A stretch of DNA of 64,000 bases from Antedon mediterranea (GCF_964355755.1 NC_092673.1:20457648-20521647), one strand, 5' to 3'; numbered from the stretch's first letter, positions 37,996 to 51,346 are shown. Notes: a model not told the origin generated them from the sequence alone. Numbers and translations: made by a program.

Positions 37996-40778
37996 CAGGG
38001 GTGGCGCCAGGATCTTCCCGACGCGGGGGCTACATTCCCCGACGAGGGGGCTATGCGAGCGAAGCGAGCATCACTAGGCTGGGGGCCAGGGGGCCGCCAA
38101 GGGCCCCCGGTGGGGTCGAGGGGGCGATTCCCCCGGAAGCAACGCGTTCTAGCGTCATTTGAGGTCTTTTTAATCAGATTTAGGGTAGCCATTTTTTCCA
38201 TTTTTTTATAATGCATAAATAAAATACTGCGTGCAAAAAAACGATGCGCGATGACTGTTTCAATCCATATTTTTCAATTTAAAAAATAAAAGTTCAAAGA
38301 AAATTTAGAAAAATAGAGTTGGAGGTCCCGGAAATTGGACTTATTATACTTCAAAACATGAAACAAAATATATAAGTGCCTATCAAGGTTGTGACTGAGC
38401 TAAGAAATGTTTGAAAAATAGAGATGTTAGGTCCCGGAAAATGCACTTCTTGTACTTCGAAATATGACCAGCTTTATTGTTGGGGCTGAGCTAAGAAACT
38501 GTTTAAAACTAGAGCTGCAGGTCTTCAAAAAATTGCATTTTATACTTCGGAAACATCAGGCCTAGAGGCTTAAAAAACGCAAGCGTAGACCTTTTTCAGT
38601 CGGGGAAATAAGTTTATTCCTTCCAAGTGTATGCGTGCGTAATATCTGGACTTCCGAGTGGTGAGAAATTCATGACATACAGGACATTGAAAATGTAATA
38701 ACTTAGTTATAATAAGATGTTGGCTAAGCGAAATGGCATGTTTTTTTGTTTAGTAATGGATGAAAAATTTATTTTAGGTGCCCCACGGTACAGAAGGTTA
38801 CTTGTAAATTAAAAAATTGGTGAACGTACGAACAATTAACATAATTCGTTTTTGCTGTAGTGTAGCGTACGTCGACGCAGTACACGACGTAACCGTCAGT
38901 AAACTTCGCCTGGAAAATAACTACAGTACACATTTTGGTCCCTGGATGGAACATGATATCACGCGTCTCGACCCAACGTTGAACGATTCGTACAAAGGGA
39001 TACCGCCAGACAAGTGCGAACCTGGCTATTGTTTAGTAGTAAGTTAGATCGCTGGCAATAATGAATATAATATCACTCTGACGTACTCTTACGGTCAATG
39101 AAACGTCGCGGTTTTCTAGGCGCTGAAGCTAGCTACGAAGTAAACGCGAACGCTTTTTACTGTATATTATATTCCCCGACAAAAAGTACCCGTGTTCCCT
39201 TCGGTAACCGTCGGTAAACTTCGCCTGGAAAATAACTACATTACACATTTTGGTCCCTGGATGGAACTTGATATCACGCGTCTCGACCCAACGTTGAACG
39301 ATTCGTACAAAGTGATACCGCCAGACAGGGGTGGCGCCAGGATCTTCCCGACGCGGGGGCTACATTCCCCGACGAGGGGGCTATGCGAGCATCACGAGGC
39401 TGGGGGCCAGGTGGCCGCCAAGGGCCCCCGGTGGGGGTCCAGGGGGCGAAGCCCCCGGAAGCAACGCGTTCTAGCGTCATTTGAGGTCATTTTAATCAGA
39501 TTTAGGGTAGCCATTTTTTCCATTTTTTATAATGCATAAATAAAATACTGCGTGCAAAAAAACGATGCGCGATGACTGTTTCATTCAATCCATATTTTTC
39601 AATTTAAAAAATAAAAGTTCAAAGAAAATTTAGAAAAATAGAGTTGGAGGTCCCGGAAATTGGACTTATTATACTTCAAAACATGAAACAAAATATATAA
39701 GTCCCTATCATGGTTGTGACTGAGCTAAGAAATGTTTGAAAAATAGAGATGTTAGGTCCCGGAAAATGCACTTCTTGTACTTATTCCTCCCAAGTGTATG
39801 CGTGCGTACCATCTGGACTTCCGAGTGGTGAGAAATTCATGACATACAGGACATTGAAAATGTAATAACTTAGCTATAATAAGATGTTGGCTAAGCGAAA
39901 ATGGCATGTTTTTTGGTTTAGTAATAGATGAAAAATTTATTTTAGGTGCCCCACGGTACAGAAGGTTACTTGTAAATTAAAAAATTGGTGAACATACGAA
40001 CAATTAACATAATTCGTTTTTGCTGTAGTGTAGCGTACGTCGACGCAGTACACGACGTAACCGTCAGTAAACTTCGCCTGGAAAATAACTACAGTACACA
40101 TTTTGGTCGCTGGATGGAACATGATATCACGCGTCTCGACCCAACGTTGAACGATTCGTACAAATAGATACCGCCAGACAAGTGCGAACCTAGCTATTGT
40201 TTTCTATAGTAAGTTAGATCGCTGGCAATAATGAATGCATATAAAGTGCATAATATCACTCTGACGTACTCTCACGGTCAATGAAACGTCGCGCGGTTTT
40301 CTAGGCGCTGAAGCTAGCTACGAAGTGAACGCGAACGTTTTTTACTGTATATTATATTCCCCGACAAAAAGTACCCGTGTTCCCTTCGGTAACCGTCGGT
40401 AAACTTCGCCTGGAAAAAAACTACATTACACATTTTGGTCCCTGGATGGAACTTGATATCACGCGTCTCGACCCAACCTTGAACGATTCGTACAAAGGGA
40501 TACCGCCAGACAAGTGCGTACCTAGCTAATGTTTAGTAGTAAGTTAGATCGCTGGCAATAAATGAATGCATAAAAGTGCATAATAGCCCTCTGACGTACT
40601 CTCACGGTCAATGGAACGTCGTGGTTTTCTAGGCACTGAAGCTATGAAGTGAACGTGAACGTTTTTTACTGTATATTATATTCCCCGACAAAAAGTACCC
40701 GTGTTCCCCGACGGGGGGGCTAGGCTCCCCGACGAGGGGGCTAGAGCCCCCGTAGCCCCCCCGCTGGCGCCACCACTG
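37996..40778. mobile_element. Composite non-autonomous hAT-like element (2.8 kb) ~400 bp upstream of GLRX3
   Basis: TIR CAGGGGTGGCGCCAG / CTGGCGCCACCACTG with exact 8-bp TSD GACCTATA (37988-37995, 40779-40786). A second 5' end starts at 39326. Internal ~315-330-bp tandem units start near 38889, 39204, 40057 and 40389. No transposase ORF. Confidence 0.85.
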
Positions 40779-40975
40779 GACCTATAGAGACATTCTTGCC
40801 TTTGGGGAGGGGGTGTGGCCTAACCCCTCTCTGGGTATATAATAGTGTCCTTGTGTAAAAGTGACGATGGCCATGCAGTATTAGGTAATTAATTGTATCT
40901 AATTAGGCCTAAGTAACGTTGTAGTGTAAAGAAATGGTCTTAATAATGTGTGCATTGTGGCAGATTATGTAGGAG

Positions 40976-41005
40976 CAGGGAGTTGTAAAATTTTACAACT
41001 CCCTG
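40976..41005. mobile_element. TIR-only 30-bp perfect palindrome with 7-bp TSD (probable P-type excision footprint)
   Basis: CAGGGAGTTGTAAAATTTTACAACTCCCTG flanked by GTAGGAG (40969-40975, 41006-41012). Same TIR as 8201-8239. Confidence 0.75.
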
Positions 41006-43379
41006 GTAGGAGACTGGACTTCAGAATCATGTGGTGGAGTGGACTAAATATAATTTGGTCACCGCTCGACAACTTTGAGAGCACCGTTTTTTTACGTTTT
41101 CACTCGTTTACAATAAGAGAGTATACATTCTTTCTCTTCACAGTATTTGCATAGTTAAATAGGCCTACAGTATAGTAGTAGGCTACCACCATCATACATC
41201 CACAAAAACAACAGTTTGGCATCAATCATTAATGGCACCCTCATAATTTCCATACATTTTCATCTTCATTTTTCAATTTCTTGATCTGTTGTCAACCTCG
41301 TAATCAGGTTCAACATTAAGATTCGCGTCGCAAACAACAAACAACGCTTTTCATCACACCACCACCGTCGTCGACTAATCAACTGTCACTGACATTATCA
41401 TCATCACTACCGAACCTACTACAGTGGTTAGACACCTTCATTTCGTCATCAGGCCTAATTTTACAATAATTATATTATAATTATATTAACATTGAAAATA
41501 AATCAGCCATCGCAATCGAAACTAATTAAATTTTTAATATAAACTGCGATGAAGATGTAATCAATAATGTTGACACAAATTAACCTATTCATTTTTTTTC
41601 TTCTCTTTTTCATGTCTAAAATCGTAGACTGAAATTGCTACAAAACCGTTACGTTATGTCTCACACGATAGGTCCAGTGTCAAGCATCTGAAATATTCGA
41701 TGATATTGTTGAAGTACGATGGTCTAATCAAATTGGCTAATTACCCAATCAGCTGCGTTTGCGCATCGCCTTTGTAGTAGTCTTTAATATATCACTATTT
41801 GATCATATCTCATTTGTTTATTATAGCCCAGTCGTGTAGCATTTAACACAAGGTGAGCTTGTATGATTATAACTCCTATGACGTGACAAGAATAGAGAGC
41901 AGAGAAGCAATTGTTAGGGTTATTACTGACGACTGCATTTTCATCGAAAGTGAGTAATTATAAACACATATTTGATCATATTAATTGTTGTTCAATTTCT
42001 ATCATCATCAAACTGTAGTTCACGATAAGTTAGAGTCAATTGTTTGAAATATAAAATGTAATTTTTAAGTTTATTACCTCATCACATTTTTTAGCAATGT
42101 GATTTTAAAAAGTAGTCGTAATTTAGTATGGTGTGATCAGCATCATTTGTGTCCTTATTGATGATAGCAGTGTGAGGGAGGGGATTTATTTTGTTGAATG
42201 AGGTGGACATTCATGGTAGTTTTTTCCATAAATTATAAAACATGCACTCACCAAGTTTATTAATTATACTTTTTTATAAATATATTTTCGCATACAAAAT
42301 ATTTCGAGGGGTGGCTGATCACTGATTCTCTGAAATGTATAGGCCCTATACACGTTTGCCATGTTTTCTACGGCATGGCTTCTCCTCAAAACTTAGAAAT
42401 TAGGTTAGATGCCTGGAAGCATCAAAGGAACATTCGACACTTCTCAGTTTTTATCCATGATATAGGGTACAGTGTGACCTTAAAACATTCATTTCCGATA
42501 ATGGTATACGAATTAGGTTATAAGATCGGCAGTCGTGCCTAATTAACGTATGTTCATCTCTTACATATTATTTAACATTAAATATAACGTTACGTTGCCA
42601 TCATCCAGGTGCGTGTCTTTAGCACAGAAAATGAAATGAGCCCCATGGCATTTGTTGAAAACCTATAGAATGACGTTTTAACGCATCTTTAAATATTTAC
42701 TTGATTGAATTAACCTAAACTTCTACTTTGTTTATTACTGGTAATTTCTTTATAATGTAGGCTTATAGAAAATAAACGTACACGTAATGGTTTATAGAAG
42801 ATGAAAGTTGTGTAAATTGAGATCCTATCGCGCGTGTTAATCCAACCGTTTCAATCTAAAACATTTCCAAAACGAAGGAAATATTCTTTGACATAAGCTG
42901 TTCATGTCAATTTACTAATGAAAAATATAACTTATTTTGACGAAATTATTGATTATTATATAGTACTGTATTGGTAGTGGCAGAATGAATGTAATTTAAA
43001 GCTAGTAGTAATCGTACTTATCGACGAAACTAATTAAACATTAATGTAATACTATGTGATGAAGAATAGTTAATCAATGCTGAAAATCCTATTCATTTAA
43101 TTCCTTATTTGCTATACAGATAGTACCGTACTGATTCGTATACATTCTTAGACCTAAATCACTATACCAACGTTACGGGTTGTTAGAAGGCGATGTCCAC
43201 TGTCCAGTGAAATATTCAATTATTTATGTGATACAGTGATTGTACAATGTATAGTGAGTGAGGAAGGGGGGTATATTTTTAAAGACTAGTTATGTTGTCA
43301 ATCCTAATAGATTTTAAACATAATAGACGGACTCATATAAGATACATTAGTTTTATGACGTTGACTCCCACTGCTGAGC

Positions 43380-43488
43380 CACCATGCCCCCACACCATGC
43401 CCCCTCACCATGCCCCCTCACCATGCCCCCTCACCATGCCCCCTCACCATTCCCCCTCACCCTGCCCCCTCACCATGCCCCCTCACCC
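43380..43488. repeat. 13-bp tandem repeat (CACCATGCCCCCT) x ~8
   Basis: Directly visible. The minus strand has regular G5 runs. Confidence 0.85.
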
Positions 43489-45057
43489 TAACAACTATTA
43501 TTAATTAACATGCATACATTCTACTGGCACATTACTCGTGCTGGCTAAACGCTGTAAAATAAAGTGATGTCATTTCAGACGTACTGCGGCCTTGGGTTTG
43601 TAGTACTGCATCTGCAATACCATCGACCTGCAGTGGATGTAAAATTCGTATTACGATTAAAGCTAGATGTTCACTAGTAAAACGCAAAGACCATGTGGTG
43701 CAAATTTATAAATCTGGAAACAAAAAACCATCTTGAAATCAAGCTCATTGTTGGGCCACATTCATTTTGTCAATTGCAATTTCCACCTTTCATAAAACAA
43801 TATTACAAATAAAAAATGAGAAATTGTATTTCTGGAGCCCATCGTTTAAATTCAAAGGAATAGTGTGAATGAAATGTATGATCATCCGGTCAATATTATG
43901 ACCTTACAACTCTTAATTATCTCAATAATAAACAAAAGAGCCTCATATTTTATTACAATTTATTGTTTTCAATGGTAGGCCTACTTTGATTTTATCGTCG
44001 TGTATACTTCTTGTTGTCTGCTTATTTTGCAAATATGTAAAATTGGTAAGGAATGTCTCAAAAATTGAAATATTATAGCAATTCACAGCATTCATTTCGA
44101 AAAGAAGATTCCTAACGTAATTTCGAAAAGAAGCCCATCTCAAAAAGAAGTTCACTTAAGAGTCATTTTAAAAAAGAAGCCTATGGTCTTCTTTTTAAGG
44201 TTTTACGGTAGTCGTTCATGGTTGCACATTTTCGCGTCGCAAAAAGTTGCCGAAGCAGTCGACGCTATCGATTTGCGCCATATAGGTTCACCCTAATGTG
44301 TAATTCCAACCATACATTAATGATTAATAATGATTCTTTACTTTTCAATCATAGCAGCTGTAAGCTAAAAGAAAGGTTTAAATCTAAGTTAATCCATGAT
44401 GCATCACGTGTTTCTGTGGAATTATATATGTTTATCTAAAATGCACTTAAGAATATTTGCAGCGATGTTTATAAGTAAACCTGTTGCGAAATCGAAGACA
44501 GATATTATGTTGTGTAATGTCTTATGTTTTGTCTATATGCCAGCCTTACATTAATGAATGATTTTGTACTTTTTAACCCAAGCAACTGAAGGGATATGAG
44601 CTAAAAAGCTCCGTAGGCTATATAATGCATAACGTTTATTAAATATAATATAATATAAATAATAATTAAATATTTAACGTTATTTCTAACTAATAACACT
44701 TATAGCATGAGTAATATTAATAAGTAAACTATTTTTTTATTTTGTATAACATATTGGAAGCATAATGAAAGAATATAAGAAACAGAATATCAATGGTTAT
44801 GCGGAGTTTATCACAACAAATATCACGCAACCACAGCGTGAGATCACTATGGCAACAACATCAACATTCATTATTGCGATCGAAAACGCAATCATGAATT
44901 TATTTTCAATACGGTTTAATTTAATGCCTAATAATAGGCCAATTTATAATCATTCATTTAAAAATCACCATAGGCCCATAAATCAAGGAAATGAATGAAG
45001 TCTATTCGGGGTTTGGCCTCTTCGAGTTCGCCTTTTCCCTGTGGTACCGAATATTAA

Positions 45058-45582
45058 AGCTCAGGTACAGTCATGAATTTTAAGTATAATATCTGGTTAA
45101 TTGTACATAAATCAAATATTTGTAACAGAAATCATGACGAAAAAACCAGGAAGACGTTTTTTCAGAAGTTATGTAGTTTAACCTAATATAATAACATGTC
45201 TGGTGACTCCCTGGAAGGTGAAAAAAGATGGTGGATATATTTTTGCTATATCATGAAAATATAAATCTGAAGTTGAATAAAAATAGCAGAAATGTAATAT
45301 TCAAATTATATTACCTATAGTCATCTGATAACAATTTTTATCACACTGTTTATTTTTCATAGCTTTTTAAAATGCCTCTCTATTTACAAAATGTGTGTAC
45401 AAAAGAATAGATATTTTACTGTGTAATTTGAACTATCCCCCCACTGATAAGAAAGTGCTTATTTTCAACAAGCTTGTGCAACACAAATGAAATCTAAAAA
45501 ATTATGAAACATAGGAGAAACTATAGATCGATAATTATTGGAATGTATGATCAATAGAAATTTTTTGCCCGCACCTGGCCTT
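45058..45582. mobile_element. Kolobok-like non-autonomous element
   Basis: TTAA-AGCTCAGGTACAGTCA ... TGCCCGCACCTGGCCT-(T)TTAA. Homologous copy at 48873-49532. Confidence 0.6.
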
Positions 45583-46650
45583 TTAAAACAATATATAGGT
45601 TACATTAATAACATTTAGGTTAATCACAATGAGGTGTCATCAACATTGAATTAGTGATATCCCCAATGTGCAATAACTTTGGCTATTAAATCAATAATTG
45701 ATTGTTAGTACTTATAAAAGAAAATGTTCATCGATAAATTTAAATAAACGCATGTCTCTATGTTAATATAGTAACATGATTGATTTGTTGTCAAAGAATA
45801 GACGTAACAATACATTGTTATACATCAATGTGCTCTATTTATACAATACAAGTTAGATTTTGATTGATGTAGGCCTATATATCATGTTTCGTGTAATAGA
45901 TTCAATATTTGCAAGATACAATTCCAGTTACGATACATTGTTACAATAACTACAAATTATATTAATGATAATGGATAGAGAAAAGATCAACAACAAAAAT
46001 CATGTATGTAAACACTAATAACAAAAAGACAATGAACTTGAATTTTATGTATGCACACCTTCTATTGTTTTGTGCTACTTTTCTGTAACTGTTAAACCAT
46101 TTTAAGCTAAATAATCTATGATGATAAAGTGTTTAGTGTTCATCAATCTTTACTACATAGGAGTTATTGTTATAATTATGTTACTATTGTTTACCTAATT
46201 TAAGTTATGTTAGAAAAAAATATGTATACTGTACATTACTATAATATTTATCTAAAAATTTATGATGGGAATAAACGTGGGATGAACTCACATAAGACAA
46301 AACAACTATATAAATTATGAAATGTATCTGATTATTTTAAAATACATAAAAAAAGGTATTAGTTTCATCCCATAAACATCCTTATTTAGTTTATTTTCTT
46401 CTTCTATAGTTTCATCGTAAATTGGAAATAAAAAAACAAAACTTGATTTGTAGGGTTTTCCCTGAAAAAATTTTATAATAACCACGAATCATCAGTCACA
46501 GATTAATCGAAATATTATCCACTCTCCTAATAGAGTATTATTTTTACTTTAGCACTAAGCAGATTCGCCATTGGAAATAGAAAATTATCATTATTATTAG
46601 AAATTGTGTTAAAAAGGGACGAGATTGTTTTAAACTTTGAATAGATGTTA

Positions 46651-47094
46651 AGCTCTTTCTGTACACTGTCAAATAAGTTTGAAAAAAATTAGTGATGTGT
46701 CCAAATATGGTAGTATGCCCAAATATAGATTGATATCATCATGCCCGCTATGGAAACATCACATGTCACATAAAGTTTGATAGTGTAGACAGAGCATTAC
46801 ACTATCAAACAATTTTGACAAAAAAAAGTGTGAAGTGCCCAAATATGGTAGTGATATGGCCAAATAATATAGTAGTGATATGACATCATCATGTCCATAC
46901 ATGGGCTCATCACATGTCACATAGTGTTTGACAGTGTAAACAGAGAATTACACTATCAAACAAGTTTTACAAAAAAAGTGTGATGTGGCCAAATATGCTA
47001 TATTACCAAATATAGTAGTGATATGACATCATCATGTGTAGGGGCAAATCACATTTTTATGTGACATATAGTTTGATAGTGTAGACAAAGCATT
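46651..47094. mobile_element. Tandem trimer of MITE family A
   Basis: Three consecutive ACACTATCAAA...TTTGATAGTGTAGACAGAG units. Confidence 0.7.
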
Positions 47095-48872
47095 AGAACA
47101 TATAAATAATGACGTTATCAACTCATATATACACGTGTTCTTCAATCTGTTACATTATAAGTATCCGTTTTCTGTTAATATTATAAAGTACTTGACTGTA
47201 GGCTTGCCTTTGTTGATTTGTTCAATGTGAAGTGCAATTAACTGCATATGTAGTAAAATCTAATATGTTAGGGCAGGGAAGAGTTAACTCTGTGCTATGT
47301 TATATTATGAGTATTTAGTGTTTCTATCATTGTGTTTCATCTTCACATTCATCGAAGAATCTGTTGGGATAATTAGTATAATTTAACCGGTGAATGGAGG
47401 AATAATGGGTAATTATAACTAAAAAATGTGCTGTATATGCTTATACGATTTATATCATTTTATTTGAAATATTTAACGGACGCGTCTTTTTATGGTTAAA
47501 ATATTCAGTATATAGGTTTCAGTAGATTACCTAAATATTTTCTGAATCAAATTTGGCATTATCTCAACTATCACATTGCGTCAAATATTCTTGAATTGTG
47601 TCTATTTTTTTATTTTCATAATTTGAATTGTTCTAACTAAGATTTCTTTACAGATCAAGTTTACAAATTAATCACATTACGGAAACACTGCATAATGATA
47701 TACAAACATCTTTCTACACTCTTTTGACAACAAAAATGTGATGTGCCCATATGGACATGATGATGGCATACCACTACTATATTTAGGCATATCACTTCCA
47801 TATTTGGGCACATCACACTTTTTTGGGTCAGACTTTAGGGCTTTACACGCGTGTTATTGTTTCGGAGCAGTGGAAGTCTGAAACACTAAATTCCACCATT
47901 TTATTTATTCATAGTTACTTGGTTTCTTTTCATTCATTCGTTCATTCATTTATTTACACAAAGCAAAATTCAAAATATGTTGACAAAATATGAATCAAAT
48001 TAATAGTTAATGCCTTGTATCTGGAGAAACTCAAATAAGGTCAGAGAGCTTTAAGTCAAGTTCCACCAGGAAAAAAGTTGTTATAATATAATAATAATAT
48101 ATACAGTTTGGATCAATGTTCATAGACAGAGACAAACAGGGAAACAGACGGTACATACACTACGCAAGAGACCAAGTATGGACGTAGACAAACAAACAAA
48201 TAAATAAATAAATAAGGGTAAAAGAGGTGTTTGAAATAGGTCAAAATTTGGGTGAAATATTAGGTTGGTTTGTATTTAGATATTAGGTATTTTTTGTATT
48301 TTGATTTAAATGTGATAAAACTATGATCAAATAAAGACTTGTTAAGGGAGTTCCATAGTAAGGGGCCTGTGTGGATGTTTATATAAAATTATCACACCAC
48401 GAACGCAGCATTGCTGACTGATTTACAAAAATATTTTTTTAATAGTTCTACAAAATTAATGATTTGACGACGATCAATAATTGAAATAACTATTCATAAA
48501 ACATAAAATAATAAATTATATTTTTTTTAAGAATCCGTGACGGAAAGAGAAAAAATTATACAAACTGATTCATTTTCATTTGCTATTCTTTCATTAATCA
48601 TTAATTAATGAAATACATCACTAACGAAGCCTCTACTAATCGAGTACACTTTTTCATATGTATATATAAATTCATAAATCTGAACCTCGCGTTTCGCATG
48701 AATATTACACGCGAGGCAAAGATAAAGAATAATTTGTTTGAGAATGTTTTATGCCCTAAATAAGGCAGAACCCCTCATTTGGGACACCTCTATTCAGGGG
48801 ACACTCAATTAAGGACATTTTCCTGAGAATCGGACGAGGTTCGTCAATTCCAATTCAGAGGAAACTACTCCT

Positions 48873-49532
48873 GCTCAGGTACAGGCATGACTTTTCAATA
48901 CAGTATAATATTTGGTTAATTGTACGTAAATCAAAAATGTACAACATACATCATGACTTTCACTGGTAAAATACAAAATTTTGAAAAAGTCTGGTATAAA
49001 AACCAAACAAGTTAGGTATTTAACCTATGTAATAACGGGTCTGGTGAATCCCTAGCAAGTGAAAAAAGATGGTGGATATACGGTGGATAATTTTTGCTAT
49101 ATCACGAAAATAAAAATATGAAGTAATGAATGAAAATACCAGAAACGTAAAATTCAAGTTACATATAATATTTAGTCATTTGATAACATTTTTAGTCGCG
49201 TTTACGTTCACTATGTTGGTCGGTCGGTCTGTCGGTCTGTCTGTCGGTCCGGTATCACTATGCGTTTTAGCACGCGACTTATGGCTGTTGGCCTTGTTTA
49301 ACATACCGTTTATTTTTCATTGTATTTTTAAAATGCCTCTCTATTTACAACATTTGTGTACAAAAGAATAGAGATGTTACTGTGTAATTTGAACTATCCC
49401 CCACTGATAAGAAACTACTTATGATGATCTGATGTAACACAAATAAAATTCTAAAAATTTTGAAAAATAGGGGAAACTATAGATCGATAATTATTGGAAT
49501 GTCAATAGACATTTTTTGCCCGCACCTGGCCT
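48873..49532. mobile_element. Kolobok-like element copy 2, with internal Helentron-like insertion
   Basis: Colinear with 45058-45582 except for an extra ~110 bp at 49190-49299. Ends CACCTGGCCT-TTAA. Confidence 0.6.
49190..49299 (+). mobile_element. DINE-1/Helentron-associated-like short element
   Basis: Inserted in a T-run relative to the empty site in the 45058 copy. Subterminal IR AGTCGCGT/ACGCGACT, GTCG/GTCT microsatellite, small 3' hairpin, CTTGTT end. Confidence 0.55.
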
Positions 49533-50275
49533 TTAAAGGGACACTGTTGGGTACGGAAGATGTCCCATTCATTAGCACTCTATATTGCATTTCATTTCTG
49601 TGGGCTTCAATAAATCATTTCGTCCAGGGACTCTCTATCCAGATGATCGTGCTTTGTTTAAGATAATTTCGATGCAATCTATTGACAGGCAGATTCTTAT
49701 TTCAAATGAATTATTAAATTATTTGTAATATATTTACAGTTGTTGGGTATTCAGTTCAAAAGACGTGTCAAATTACCCTTTTAAAGAGAACAGATTAAAA
49801 TTAGTTTGGATTTAACTTACAGTATGAATATACCCTGTTACTATTTATTTATCATTTAATTAGTTGAACACTTATTATATTAGAAACGGAATGGATAGGA
49901 TGTATTAGTTAGAAGGTTACGTATGATTAGTTTTCTTTGCTTAATACTGATTGGTAATTTGGATGGTGGGAACTGCAGTAGTAGATTCACTTCTTTGGGA
50001 CACACCTATTCAGTGGACACCCTTATCAAGGGGACACAAACGACGGATATGTTTTAACAACAGTATGACCAATCCCATTCAGGGGACACATGTTTTGTTC
50101 CAATTCGAATGCGTCTCTTTATTAGATAGGAATTCTATAATTGTATTTTTCTTTGCTGTTTTTAGTCTTCTGCGCTTCGATTATTTTATCAATTAGACTA
50201 CAGTACCATATTTAATATCCTCGTAATTAGTTAGCAGCACTACCCGGCAGCAATGCTACCTCAGCATTCCCGGCA

Positions 50276-50612
50276 GCGATATTTCTTTTCGTACATAAGT
50301 TGGGGACCCCTCGTGAAACGTCACAAAATAAAGATGAATATTCATTAGTCATATCAATAAGGTGTGACGTAAGAATTAAGCTAACTACAATTCGCTAATG
50401 CAAACGATTTCTGTCGAGCCGTCTGCGTAGTCGAGTGGATAAGACTATGGACTTTACATGTCGATGTATGGGGTTCGATTCCCACGAGCTACTTCTTTTA
50501 CTTTATAGTGAGAGACAGATTATTAAGGGGGTTAGGTTTAGTTATATTTAGGAAGTAGTTCGGCTATCTTTCACATGGGGTCCCCAACTTATGTACGAAA
50601 AAAAAAAATCGC
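50276..50612. mobile_element. MULE-like MITE with 9-bp TSD carrying a tRNA-like cassette
   Basis: ~43-bp TIR GCGAT..TTTTCGTACATAAGTTGGGGACCCC..GTGAAA. TSD TTCCCGGCA (50267-50275, 50613-50621). Internal A box (50428-50438) and B box GGTTCGATTCC (~50472-50482). Confidence 0.75.
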
Positions 50613-51346
50613 TTCCCGGCAGCAATGCTACTCCCAGCATTTCCGGATGCAATGATCCAGAATGTCGCTTTCAATTTGTCAATATTTCTATTCTAGAAAG
50701 AAGGCACTCTTTGACTTTTTTTAACTTTAAAAAGCATCCAGATTTAGGCCAAATCCAAGAAGATTTTTACAATATTAATTTTTTTTATATAAAGTACGAT
50801 ATAATATGTATGGATATATGCCCTAATCTATTAAGGTCTACTTTATCCAATGTTTCAACTGTTTTTCTAGGAATTAGTTTTAAATGACGTGCACGATTAC
50901 TAATCAGGATTTGTGAAGATCCTCGTATTGCAGTGTGTCGTGAGGTGAGTAGGTTAAGTCTCTTCCATTAATTGTTTTTACCATTTACAATGATGTTTGT
51001 ATAATGCTTTCCTACTACTGCAGTCTTCGATGTATTCTTAAATTACTGATTAAATAAAGTGATTACTCTAAATTACGTATAGTCAGTCAGTATGGCGTCC
51101 ATCCTTAACTCCGGTTTATTGCCTTTAGCTAGCGTCATACACAAGCCGCCACCGCCGTCGTACTAATAGTCAAGATTGAACATATTGAGTCATCCAGTAG
51201 TCTATAAGTGTGTACGTTATGCGGAAGAGTTCCACTTTTAGCCGGTAGGAGACTTATATGTTATGAAACTTGCCCTTTCTTCTTGGCGCCAAGTAAAAAC
51301 GATTGCTGTGCGATTTGTTATTCTATAGTTATAAAAATGTGGTAAC

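Noticed and set aside
37908-40167. GC-rich ORFs on both strands upstream of GLRX3
   Set aside because: They lie in duplicated termini and internal repeats of a non-autonomous hAT-like element, with no transposase motifs.
41926-41955. CTGACGA...CGAAA hammerhead-like spacing
   Set aside because: No helix II or III pairing. Better explained as a splice donor region.
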